This document shows positions 11,531 to 22,349 of a stretch of DNA of 25,669 nt, in pieces. The stretch's first letter is position 1, and every line of letters starts with the position of its first letter. A program made the translations under genes and the position numbers. The notes under the pieces are model-generated. The model did not search any database. It was not told where the DNA came from and saw nothing but the letters and a program-made list of their open reading frames with translations. Source of the DNA: Chiloscyllium plagiosum (taxonomy: Eukaryota); contig NC_057718.1 in assembly GCF_004010195.1 (NCBI RefSeq), forward strand, positions 75,798,275 to 75,823,943, written 5' to 3'.

Positions 11531-12523
11531 CTTGTCTGTATGCTTGATCGTTGTAATGTAATGTTTTGTACAATCATAGCAAGAAAATGATTTACTTGTG
11601 TTGAGAATCATACTTGTAAGAAATAAACATATATACAAAGTACTAAACCCAATTCACACAGCGAGTGACATTCAATTGAACCTGCAAGAGTGGGACGCAC
11701 TGTGTAAGAGGTGATGGAATTTGGAAGGAAGAGATGCAGATTAAGATAGTGGTGTGTTTTGTTCCATTAGAGGCCTCATGCCAGCCTGTAGCAGTTTCCC
11801 ACTTGTGATATGTTTGCTTGCCATGAATATAAATTCACATAAAACTTTTTAAGCTTATGATTGACCTTCAAGATAAGGTTATTGATACGCAAGAATCTCA
11901 TGGTGCCCACTTCAGGTCCATGGAAAAGTGACTTAACTGTCACTTTTGAGCAGTTGTGTCTGAGGTCTGTAGTTTTCCTTGTTGAATTCTGAAGCACAAG
12001 AAAGGGGAGCAGAAGAAAAGCAATTTGGCTGGAGGGTCAGGACTGCTAAGTCAGTAGTTAAGGGGGTGGTTGTGAAATGGAGTTGGGGGAGTGGAAGACT
12101 GGAGAGTGAAAGAAGGAAGAGCGTGACATCTGGGTGTGTTGGTTGTTGATGGGAACACAATCAGTCAAGGTAAGAAAATGCATGGCAAAACAGCAGTGTC
12201 AATACTGTTCACATGCGACAGAGTGCTTACAGAATTTTGAGTTCAACTACAACAACTTAATTATCTCTGTTGAGAGTGATTGCAGGCATTGCCCTTTACA
12301 GTGCATACAAGGGAGAGTGTGCTGAGCCTGCAATTTTAGTCAAGCCCCCAAAGAGTAACAATATAACACTGGATAGTAACATGAACATTCAACAGAGAGA
12401 ATTCAAAAACATACACTTTCTTCCACAACAATGAAATGTCCTTGCCTCAGACTCAGTTAAAAGTCAACTGGGTAATCAAGGAAAGTTGGTTTTCTTCCTT
12501 GAAGGAGATAAACGAACCAAATA

Positions 12524-12619
12524 CCTCTCCCTGAACAACTCCAGGGTGTTGGTGGACACCGCGTGCTCCTTCTCCAAGGACACCCCGGCCCTAACGTAAC
12601 CGCGGAAGAGGGGCAGGCA
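12524..12619 (-). mobile_element. 96-bp fragment resembling the L1/Tx1-clade ORF2 C-terminus
   Basis: Open frame CLPLFRGYVRAGVSLEKEHAVSTNTLELFRER. GC-rich with several intact CpGs, unlike the flanks. Confidence 0.7.
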
Positions 12620-12808
12620 TGAAGTAGGTTCTTATTCTTGACACATCCTTTATGCACAGCACTGAAGACAGGGAAGAGCAGATGGTACTAATCAGGAGAA
12701 ACTGTTTCCTAAAGACCTCAGGCGCATCGACCAGATAGCAGTCCTCAAAACTCATAGAGGTGAAGGGCAAATTCATCCCAAATTGCCAGGGATAATTCAA
12801 TCATGATA

Positions 12809-13026
12809 CAGACAGCCCCCCCAAATTGCAAACAGGTTCTGTTCTGGAATCCGCTTGGAAGTTGATTTTTATCCAAGTTGGAAGATAATGCAGGACAATA
12901 TAAAGAAACCATTCATAAGTAGACAAAATGATTGTAGGTTGGATGTTTAAAATTACCCCTTTGTTAAATCATGCTCAGGAGTGTGAGCATTTGTAAACCA
13001 GGTGTTCATAATTTGAAGAACCTTTG
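12809..13026. mobile_element. Degenerate Tc1/mariner-pogo (Tigger-like) MITE
   Basis: TA on both sides (12807-8, 13027-8). Decayed TIRs: CAGACAGCCCCCCCAAATTGCAAAC versus reverse complement CAAAGGTTCTTCAAATTATGAAC. Internal TTCATAA/TTGTAA repeats. Confidence 0.5.
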
Positions 13027-13269
13027 TATGTTAATTAAAGTCTATTAATTGGACTGTCAGAATCTTGAGTAGCTGCTTCTCCAATCACAGGCTGTTGCTC
13101 TTCTTCAGCAATAAAGAAGGGAGAGCAACAGCTTGTGATTGGAGAAGTGGTGAGAGGGTGTTTGATGGTATGAAGTGGTTACAGCTGTGTTGGGGGAGGG
13201 AATGGAGGAGAAAGAAAGGAAAAAAAAAAGTGGGAGAAGAGAGTGAAAGGCAAGGTGCAATTGAGAAAG

Positions 13270-13400
13270 AGATAGAACATTACAGCTTAGTGCAGGCCCT
13301 TTGACCCTTGATGTTGCACTGACCTGTTATACCAATCTGAAGCCCATCTAACCTACACTATTCCATATACTTGTCCAATGATGACTTAAATGTACTTAAA
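13270..13400 (-). mobile_element. Short CR1 3' tail fragment within a GA-rich tract
   Basis: CCAATCTGAAGCCCATCTAACC is the reverse complement of the tail at 18146-18167. Confidence 0.85.
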
Positions 13401-14422
13401 GAGAGGGAGGTTTCAAGGAAGGGGGGCTAAAATTATTCAAGGGGACAGAGAGACACTGCAAGATGGAAAGGTGATAGTCTGAAAAGCAAGGGGGTTTGAG
13501 GGAAGGAGCTTCACATGGAGTAGTTGTTGGGAGAGAGGTATATTAGAGAGGGAGATAGTAAGAGGGGGAGAGGAGTGAGGCTGCAAATGGGATGAGCAAA
13601 AGAACACTGCAAAGGAGACACAGCAGTTTTAAACCTGCAAACAAAGGTCTCCTCAGTTAACTAGGTGCCAGTTAGTCTCAATCTCTAGGATGGGTGACTT
13701 CTTCACAAAGTAATGTGAAATCTTTAGCTCAAGGCTGTATATGTTCAGAAACTACTGTATGGTAGTAAAGCATAGTGAATGAACATTGTCTCAATTGTTA
13801 ACAATTGAGATTGAGCTCTGGAATGCAATGATAAAGGTTGGAACTGCCTGGTTGAAATCTTCCAACTTTGGGTATATGCCATGGAAGCATTGGCTGGGAT
13901 CTCTCCCAATCTCCCAAAGTGTGTTCAAGGTGATTGGGTTTTGTGTGTAGATGTTTGTGTCAGTAACTTGGAAAAAAGTGCCATTTACACATTGTCTTGG
14001 GCAAATGTAAATGCAATGGTGCATAATAAATGTTTCATTAGTGTGTCTTGAGTTTTCAATGGTGAGGTAATCCTTATTAAATATATTTGGAAAGTGATAA
14101 AGCTTGATTACAGAGAGAAAGGTAGTCCCACAACTGTTCTCTGGTCCAAAAGGTTAGTATTTATTGGTATGTTGTGGTACGCTATTTGAGAGGATATAAT
14201 TAGGGTGGGAACCCTTGGCTTAAGGGTCTGGTGTTGGATTCTGCTGCTGTTACAGTTCTTCCTTGAGCAAAATAATAATGTTGTTTCAGAACCAACTGCA
14301 TCTCCGTGTGGAGGTAATTCTTGCATGATGAAATTCCTGTTCCCATTTCCATCTGGAAATTAGTACTTAAGTTGAATGTACAGGAGACAATATCAGAGCT
14401 ACAGGCAAGAACAACTTGAATG

Positions 14423-14596
14423 ATCCAAAGATGTGCAGGTCAGGTAAATTGGTCATGCTAAATTGTCCATAGTGTTGGTGCATTAGTCAGGGGTAAATAG
14501 AGTATGGGAATGGGTCTGGGCGGGTTACTCTTCAGAGGGGCGGTGTGGACTTGAGCTGAAGGGTCTGTTTCCATAGTGTAGGTAATCTAATCTAAT
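14423..14596 (+). mobile_element. 5'-truncated HE1-like SINE
   Basis: Matches the 3' half of the 367 and 21954 copies; (AATCT)n tail. Confidence 0.92.
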
Positions 14597-15239
14597 ACTT
14601 TAAGTCCAAGAAAGTTTTTTTATTTTTCATTGGGATCCATATAACTGCTGTGTGTGAATTTTAAGTTTTGTTTTTTGCTTTTTATCTGTTGCCCTGTGAC
14701 TACAGTGAGGAGAATTTTCAGTGGTGAAATTTCCCATCTGCAGATAATGCAGCAAGTAGGTGTAGGCTGTAAAAGAGCATCCTGAACAAACAGGGATGCT
14801 CTGTCATGGCCACAACTTTCCTGCCCAGTTCCATTACCATTAACCTAAGACCTCTTCAGAACGCAAAGGTGGCATAGATCTTCAGATGTAAATTTTAACG
14901 GAATTTTTTTAAAATCCTACCTCACTCAAGTGTACATCATTTGTTGAGACTTGCTTAGTCAAAACGAAATGTTCCAGCGTATTTCATATTTGCAGATGTT
15001 TCTTGATACCATGTGGATTGAATTGCATAGAGGGACCTGTGATGCTGGGGACTTCAGAGGTGGCCAGAATGGAACTTGATACTTGTAAATTGAGTATTAC
15101 TGAAAAAGGGGCCCTTTGTGTTGTTATGTATTTCCAATGTAAGTAGCACAATTTACAACTTTCAACTGGTTGTCAGCATATTTTGTTTGGCATGCTCAGA
15201 ATTGTTTAGCAAATCTTATGCAGTCGCAGAATCACACCC

Positions 15240-15530
15240 AATGTTGGATGCTGTTTTGTGAAAGTGTGACATCAGTATCTGATTCATTCCTCAGAACAAC
15301 AACTTGACCATTCAGAGTTAACCTGCCTGGTTTAAATCTAAACAAAATGCTTGGCAGATAACTGTCAGTTATCATCAACCTGGAACATTTGCCATGACCA
15401 TCATCAATTTGCTAACTAATCAGCACTCTTTTATATTATGAAATATTGATCCTCTTTATAGTGGCATTCTTGTGAAAATCCTAATGAGTGCAAGATATAA
15501 CATTTTTCAGACCTTTTCCTGCGATACTCA
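15240..15530 (+). mobile_element. Possible old Penelope-like 3' region
   Basis: Ends in ATTCTTGTGAAAATCCTAATGAGTGCAAGAT, resembling a decayed CTGATGA-GTGCAAGAC-GAAA motif. Highly diverged. Confidence 0.4.
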
Positions 15531-15829
15531 GATTAGAAAATTGTTAGATATAAAAACAAGTATTTTGGGTGACTGGCAGCCATGAATCAATGAACAAGGG
15601 TAAATGAGAGCCTGACTTGAGTAGATGTTTGGCCATGAAAATGGCTAAATTATATTGCTATTGAGATTATTGGGAACAGATGATCTGATGGTATTTCCAG
15701 ATATATGGCAAGCCAGATCTGATGACCCTATTGAACCCCCTCCAGTAGATGTAAAAAATCCAATGGTATAGTCCTGGGCTGTAATTATTCCATCTTGGCT
15801 AAAAAGGAGTGTCGTTTACGAAGGACATT

Positions 15830-18210
15830 GAATCTCTTGTTGAGAAGGAGGTTTATGTTAGGATGAGATGCAAAGGCTCAGTTAGTGATTGAGTGTTACA
15901 AGGTAGCCAGGAAAGACCTAAGACAAGTGAGGAGAGGGACATGAGAAGTTGTTGGTGGATAGGATCAGGGAAAACTGTAAAGCTTTCTATAGCACGAATT
16001 GAGGCCAGTCGTGGGAAGTTGCGTATGGAGTCAGAGGAGATAGGGAAAATGCTAAATGAATGTCTTTTTCATGTGAATACTGATGAAAAATAATGTTGTT
16101 GAGAAGAATACTGAGAGGCTACCAAACTAGATGGGATTGAGGTTCACAAGGAGGAAGTGTTAGAAATTCTGACAAGTGTGAAAATAGAAAAATCCCCTGG
16201 GCAGGATGGGATTTATCCTAGGATTCTCTGGGAAGCCAGGGAGGAGATTGAGGAGCCTTTGGCTTTGATCTTTGTCATCATTGTCTACAGGAATGATACC
16301 AGAAGACTGGAGGATATCAAATGTTGTTCCCTTCTTCAAGAAGGGGGGTAGAGACAATCCTGGTAATTATAGACCAGTGAGCCTTACTTCTGTTGTTGGT
16401 AAAGTGTTGGAAAAGTTTATTAGAGAGGATTTATAATCATCTAGAGAGGAATAAGTTGATTAGTCAACATGGTTTTGTGAAGGGTATGTCATGCCTCACA
16501 AACCTATTGAATTCTGAGAAGGTGACCAAACGGGGATGAGGTTAAAGACTTTGTGGTATATATGGATTTCAGTAAGGCATTTGATAAGGTTCCCCATGGT
16601 AGGTTACTGCACAAAATGCAGAGGCATAGGATTGAAGGTGATTTAGCAGCCAACAAAAATTGGCTAGTTGAAAGGAGACAGGGTGGTGGTTGATGGGAAA
16701 TTTTCATCCCGGAGTTCAGTTATTAGTGGTGTACTACAAGGATTTGTAGGATGGGATTTATCCTAGGATTCTCTGGGAAGCCAGGGAGGAGATTGAGGAG
16801 CCTTTGGCTTTGATCTTTGTCATCATTGTCTACAGGAATGATACCAGAAGACTGGAGGATATCAAATGTTGTTCCCTTCTTCAAGAAGGGGAGTAGAGGC
16901 AATCCTGGTAATTATAGACCAGTGAGCCTTACTTCTGTTGTTGGTAAAGTGTTGGAAAAGGTTATTAGAGAGGATTTAGAAAGGAATAAGTTGATTAGGG
17001 ATAGTCAACACGGTTTTGTGAAGGGTATGTCATGCCTCACAAACCTATTGAATTCTGAGAAGGTGACCAAATGGGGATGAGGTTAAAGACTTTGTGGTAT
17101 ATATGGATTTCAGTAAGGCATTTGATAAGGTTCCCCATGGTAGGTTACTGCACAAAATGCAGAGGCATAGGATTGAAGGTGATTTAGAAGCCAACAAAAA
17201 TTGGCTAGTTGAAAGGAGATAGGGTGGTGGTTGATGGGAAATTTTCATCCCAGAGTTCAGTTATTAGTGGTGTACTACAAGGATTTGTTATGGGTCCACT
17301 GCTGTTTGTAATTTTTATAAATGACCAGGATGAGCGTGTAGGAGAATGGTTTAATAAATTTGCAGATGACACTAAAGTCAGTAGAGTTGTGGATTGTGAC
17401 GAAGAATGTTATAGGTTACCGAGGGATAAAGATGAGCTAGGCTGAGGTGGCAAATTGAGTTTAATGCAGAAAAGTATGAAATGATTCACGTTGGAAGGAG
17501 TAACAGGAATGCAGAGTACTGGGTGAATGGTAAGACTCTTGGTTGTGTAGATGAACAGAGATACCTTGGTGTCCATGTACATAGATCTCTCAAAGTTGCC
17601 ACCCAAGTTGATAGGGCTGTTAAGAAGGCCTATGGTGTGTTAGCTTTTATTAGTAAAGGGATTGAGTTTTGGAACCATGAAGTCGTGCTGCAGCTGTACA
17701 AAACTCTGGTGTGGCCACACTTGGAGTATTGCGTACAGTTCTGTTCACTACATTATAGGAAGGATGTGGAAGCTTTGAAAAAGGTTCAGAGGAGATTTAC
17801 TAGGATGTTGCCCAGTATGGAGGGAAGGTCTTATGAGGAAAGTTGGAGGGACTTGAGGCTGTTTTTTTGTTAGAGAAGAAAGTTGAGAGGTGATTTAATT
17901 GAGACATATAAGATAATTTGAGTTAGATCAGGTGGACAGTGAGCCTTTTTCCTCTGGTGATGTCTATCATGAGGGAGCAAAGCTTCAAATTGAGGGGCGA
18001 TAGATATAGGACAGATGCCAGAGGTAGTTTCTTTACTCGTAGTAGGGGAATGGAATCCACTGCCTGCAACAGTTGTAGATTTGCCAATTTTAAGGGCATT
18101 TAAATGGTCATTGGATAGGCATATGGATGAGAATGGAATAGTGTCGGTTAGATGGGCTTCAGATTGGTGCATAATTGAGGGTTGAAGGGCCTTACTGTGC
18201 TGTTTTCTTT
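15830..18210 (+). mobile_element. CR1 LINE ORF2 (RT) pseudogene with internal tandem duplication
   Basis: KSPGQDGIYPRIL, PGNYRPVSLTSVVGKVLE, SQHGFVKG.SCLTNL, DFSKAFDKVPH, QG..MGPLLF.IFIND, KFADDTK, LYKTLV.PHLEYCVQF, then 3' tail. Frameshifted. Confidence 0.97.
16203..17288 (+). repeat. Direct tandem duplication (545 bp plus 541 bp)
   Basis: Unit 1 is 16203-16747 and unit 2 is 16748-17288. About 9 substitutions, plus 10-bp and 6-bp indels, by eye. Confidence 0.95.
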
Positions 18211-18354
18211 TATGAGAACAGACACATTCATCAATTGGATGATTCATGGTTATCTGTCCAAAAAGCCATTTTTCTCAAATCGCTTTATAGCTAATAGGCA
18301 GAAATGTTCAAACAACTTTTTTTTTGTTGGGGGGAAAAAACTTCAAAATAAGTA

Positions 18355-18495
18355 AAACAGATTAATGTTTGATTTATCTCTCTTTTTGTGAGACCTTACC
18401 ATACACACAACAATAGTGATGTTACAAAAGCACAGCATTGACTATAAATCACTGCTACTATCTAATATTGTGAAAGGTACTATTAAAATGCATGA
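18355..18495 (+). mobile_element. Old Deu-domain/SacSINE-like 3' portion
   Basis: ACAGATT...TTTGTGAGACCTT...ACAATAGTGA...TGTGAAAGGTACTATTAAAATGCA. A possible upstream Deu-like piece GTAGATGTAAAAAATCCAATGG lies at ~15745-15766. Confidence 0.45.
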
Positions 18496-18534
18496 TACCC
18501 GCCCACCCTCTCCCCTCTGATCCTGGATCATGTT

Positions 18535-19060
18535 TCTTTTTATTCTTCTGTGGGATGTGAGTGCTACTGGAGGGAGAGCATTTGTTGTCTGTGCCTGGTG
18601 ATTCATTGCATTGTCAATGGCCATTGTTTTGAACAACTGCAATCTGTCTGATGTAAGCACAAACACAATGCTATGAGGAGGAGAGTTCTAAAGGTTCTGA
18701 CAGTGAAGGAATAGTGAGACAGTTCCAAGTGAGGATGATGTGCAATTTGGAGAGGAACTTGCAAATGTGGCATTCCCATATGTCTACTACCCTCATCCTT
18801 CCAGGTGGTAGAGATAGCTGGTTGGAAAGTGCTTTTGAACAGGTTTGATGAATTATTCTAGCACAACTTGCATATGACACACTGTTGCCAATTTGTGGCC
18901 TTGACAGAGAGAGCAGGTATTTAAGGTTGTGTATATTGTGCCAATTAATTGGGCTGCTTTATCTTGTATGATTCAAGTTTCTTCAGTATTGTTGGAGCTG
19001 CACCCATCCATATAAGGAGTATTCCATCACGCTCCTGAACCTGTGCCTTGTAGATGGGGA
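18535..19060 (-). mobile_element. CR1/L2-group LINE 3' end
   Basis: Minus-strand IYKAQV-RSVMEYS...AAPTILKKL..IQDKAA remnants. Same family as 22350-23325. Confidence 0.8.
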
Positions 19061-20397
19061 GACAGGAGATGGGTTTTTTGGCAGACTTTTGTGAAACAGG
19101 AAGACCTGTTGGTTTCTTTTGAATTCCATTTTCTCCATGACACTCACATAGGAGGAATTTGGGCTGAAGGATGTTTTATCCTGTTCTCCCTTTGCTTGAA
19201 AAATAAAATGTGACAAATAATCAGCAGGACACCAACAGTCTCCCTGCAATCTCTTACAGATATGTGAATACTCAGTCTCTACACAATAATTCCAATTGTA
19301 TTGTTATGACCTTCTGACCAGCATTGAACTCTAAGTTACAGGCTTGGAGTATCTTCACTTTATCTTGCTTTCCTCTTATTTTACCACTTATGCAAGGCTT
19401 AAACAGACTAGACCTGGTCTTCAGTGTGTTTAAATATTAAGTTATAAGGTAGCAACCTGTTTGGGGTTTTCTGCTTGAGACCAAAAAGTTGTTTTGTTTT
19501 TAAGGAAAACATGAACATTACCGGTTAGCCTGACACCTTAGAAATATGTCTGCAAAGATACCTTTCCAATCTACACTTATTTCTACAGCACCATTCAATG
19601 GTGGATGATATGTTGGTACAAGGCTGTCTTGACTACATTCAAACTCAATTTTGTCAAATTCTCTGTGGACTATTTATCTAAGCATGTGTACCAGACCTTT
19701 CAGAGCATGCAGAGTATCCCTGACCAGACCATTGTATCAAGGAGCACTGACATTTTAGTTAATGATACTGTACTGTGTCACAGCCTGATAAGAGTTCAAA
19801 AACAAGGCCAGTATATTGTTGGAAGTGATCAACAGCAAATGGTAATACCATTATCATCAGACAAGGCATGCAACAAGAGATAGCAAAAGATATGTTGACT
19901 TAATACAAGTTTTCAACTCCTATTTTAGTTTAGGGTCAAACTACTTCATAGTCCAGCCAAATTTAATCAGTGCAACAAAAAAAGGGAGAATCAATTCTTT
20001 CATAAATGACATGTACCATCTGATTAATTGCCAACATGGGCCTTTGAAAATTCTGATAGAGCTTCTTCCAATAAACCCACGACAATGTGGTATCATATGA
20101 TTTTATCTTTCAGGCTAAGGAAGGCTTTATTGCTAAAAGCAGTGCAATTCACCAGGAAGGCTGAACTTTTAAAACAAAGCAAACATTTTATCTGTGGAAA
20201 TTGTTATGAAGGTATAGGGGTGTACTGCACCTTTGAGAGTTGAAAAGTGAGCAAGGACTGACAAAGCACAAAGTCCTGAACAAGGTATCAGTGTAACACT
20301 TGATTGAAAGAAATAGCAGCAGCTGGGTTGCCATGAAACAAAAAAACAAATTCAAATTTGGCCAACCAGTTTAAATTATGCTCCAAGATACCAAAAT

Positions 20398-20470
20398 CCA
20401 ATCAAATTTGAATTTAGTATTTTGATGGTATTAAAACCAATGGAATAATCCAATGTTTTGGGGTATAAAA
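20398..20470 (+). promoter_or_regulatory. Putative LTR U3 promoter (3 CCAAT boxes plus TATA box)
   Basis: CCAAT at 20398, 20437 and 20450; TATAAAA at 20464-20470. Activity not demonstrated. Confidence 0.55.
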
Positions 20471-20506
20471 GCAGACATTTTGAACAACTGGGGATAACTG
20501 TCACAG

Positions 20507-20723
20507 GAAAAAATGAGGACTGCGGATGCTGGAGATCAGAGCTGAAAATGTGTTGCTGGAAAAGCACAGCAGGTCAGGCAGCATCCAAGAAAGAGGAGAA
20601 TCGACGTTTTGGGCATGAGCCCTTCACCCCTTCCTGAAGAAGGGCTCATGCCCGAAACGTCGATTCTCCTGCTCCTTGGATACTGCCTGACATGCTATGC
20701 TTTTCCAGCAACACATTTTCAGC
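20507..20723. mobile_element. Palindromic Penelope-type non-autonomous mini-element with 13-bp TSD
   Basis: Inverted arms 20541-20625 and 20639-20723. ATAACTGTCACAG at 20494-20506 and 20725-20737. Confidence 0.88.
20631..20665 (+). ncRNA. Minimal type I hammerhead ribozyme-like motif
   Basis: CTGAAGA (20634-40), A, stem II GGGC-TCAT-GCCC, GAAA (20654-57), C-GTC. No helix III loop, as in Penelope minimal hammerheads. Helix I is only about 2 bp here. Confidence 0.6.
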
Positions 20724-21384
20724 AATAACTGTCACAGACCAGTAAATGTAGACTGTTAGCTGAAGAGCTCTCTGAAAGGCACCTGTCTGTGGGGAGTGTG
20801 CAGCAGAACATAAAGGATAATCTGGTGAGAATCTACAAAGGAGAATTGGCAGAGCTGACTGTTTTTGGAAACTTGATTTCTTTTTTGTAAATCTTAATCA
20901 GGATTTTCTTTTAAATCAGACTAGTATTGTAGAGTGGAAGGTAAAAGATATAAGTTTAAGAAAAAGGAGTTGTAATTAATTGTTTATCTTAATATTTTCT
21001 GGATTTAAAGAATAAAGTTGTTAACTTTTACTTTAAATAGTAACCTCTGGGATTGTTCTTTTGCATCTCAAATTTTAACAGATTCCAGCAATCTTTTCTA
21101 AGAGGCTGGTTTAAATTAGCAGAGGGGTTTACCCCATTTCTTAACAAAATAGAAATTTCCCTGGTACCAGACCACTAGCCCTGGCTTGGTTCAGTTTGTT
21201 AGTGAGAGGGCTGCCCACCCATCGGTAAGACAACAGTCCCATAGGAAGAGGGGCTTTTTTTGGTCTGCATTGTGGCAAGTTGATGCCAACCAATCCCAAC
21301 CACCAATCTATGCTATAAGAAAGTCCACTTTCAGATACTTTGCTGAAGGAGCAATGAGAGATTTCCAGTTGTGATGTTAAAGTA

Positions 21385-21930
21385 TAGAATTACTGCTAAC
21401 TGCTAAATGGGGAAGTCAGTAGGAGCTTGTCAGAAAGATATAGCAAAATCATGGGAGTTTTTAATTTACACCCAAACTGAATGGAAAAATCAGATTCACA
21501 AAAATAGCCTTGCTAGTCATAAAAAGTTTTTAGGATAGTTTCCTAGAACAGCATCTTCTGGAGCCAAGCAAAGAACAGGCTACACTCCCTTTTGAAATGT
21601 GAGACAAGATAAAATCGATCAATTACCACATGGTAAAGTTGTCCCTGGGTGTCAGCACTGACAATATTATTGAATTTCAAATTTAACTTGGGGGAGAGAG
21701 GACTGGGGCGAAGACTAGGGATTTAAACTCCAATATCGGCCACTAAAATCTAAACCAGTCACAGTGAATTGGTAAATTATGTTAGATGTGCAGTGGCAGA
21801 CATTCAAGGGAATATGTCAGAAGACTCAGGATAGATGTGTTTCAACGCTAAGAAAAATAGCCCAGCATCACAGCTCTGATGTGTATAAGGATCTGTATCC
21901 TACAGCATGATTTGCAAATGGTTAGTATGG
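21385..21930 (+). mobile_element. Old CR1 endonuclease-region fragment
   Basis: IMGVFN, FLEQHLLEPSKEQATL and DNIIEF remnants. Confidence 0.65.
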
Positions 21931-21953
21931 AGGTACAATGAATAATTTCAAAA

Positions 21954-22273
21954 GCAGCACGGTGGCTCAGTGGTTAGCACTGCTGCCTCATAGCACCAGG
22001 GTCCTGGGTTCAATTCCTGCCTGTCTGTGTGGAGTTTGCACATTCTCCCTATGTCTGCGTGGGTTTCCTCAGGGTGCTCCGGTTTCCTCCCACAATCCAA
22101 AGATGTGCAGGTCAGGTGAATTGGCCATGCTAAATTGCCCACACTGTTAAGTGTGTTAGTCAGTGGTAAATATAGGGTAGGGGATTGGGTTTGGGTGGGT
22201 TTCTCTTCGGAGGGTCAGTGTGGACGTGTTGGGCCGAAGGGCCTGTTTCCACACTGTAGAGAATCTAATCTAA
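21954..22273 (+). mobile_element. HE1-like V-SINE, near full length
   Basis: A-box GGTGGCTCAGTGG, B-box GGTTCAATTCC, complete V-domain and (AATCT)n tail. Confidence 0.95.
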
Positions 22274-22349
22274 CAAATGTTAATGCTTATTGTAAGAGGA
22301 ATTGAATACAAAAATATGGATGTTATATTTCAGTCATTTCAGATCCTTC

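Larger units (their letters stand above)
20202..21146 (+). mobile_element. Solo LTR with 4-bp TSD (AAAT)
   Basis: Ends TGTTATGAA...TTCTTAACA (8/9 inverted match). AAAT at 20198-20201 and 21147-21150. CCAAT, TATA and AATAAA (21011-21016) occur in LTR order. Confidence 0.85.

Noticed and set aside
11924..11947. Short hairpins (AAAAGTGAC/GTCACTTTT; also 13983-14014 and 14774-14802)
   Set aside because: Stems of 8-11 bp are too short for pre-miRNAs and are plausible by chance or as old transposon remnants.
13100..13620. Purine-rich tract with K/E/R-rich ORF
   Set aside because: Low-complexity GA-rich DNA; the peptide composition is a by-product.
13791..14326. Minus-strand ORFs with faint L1 C-terminal resemblance (PKLEDF)
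   Set aside because: Key Cys/Trp residues are absent, so the match is too weak to assign.
16817..17873. Apparently intact RT ORFs
   Set aside because: Fragments of one frameshifted, partly duplicated CR1 ORF2; not a functional gene.
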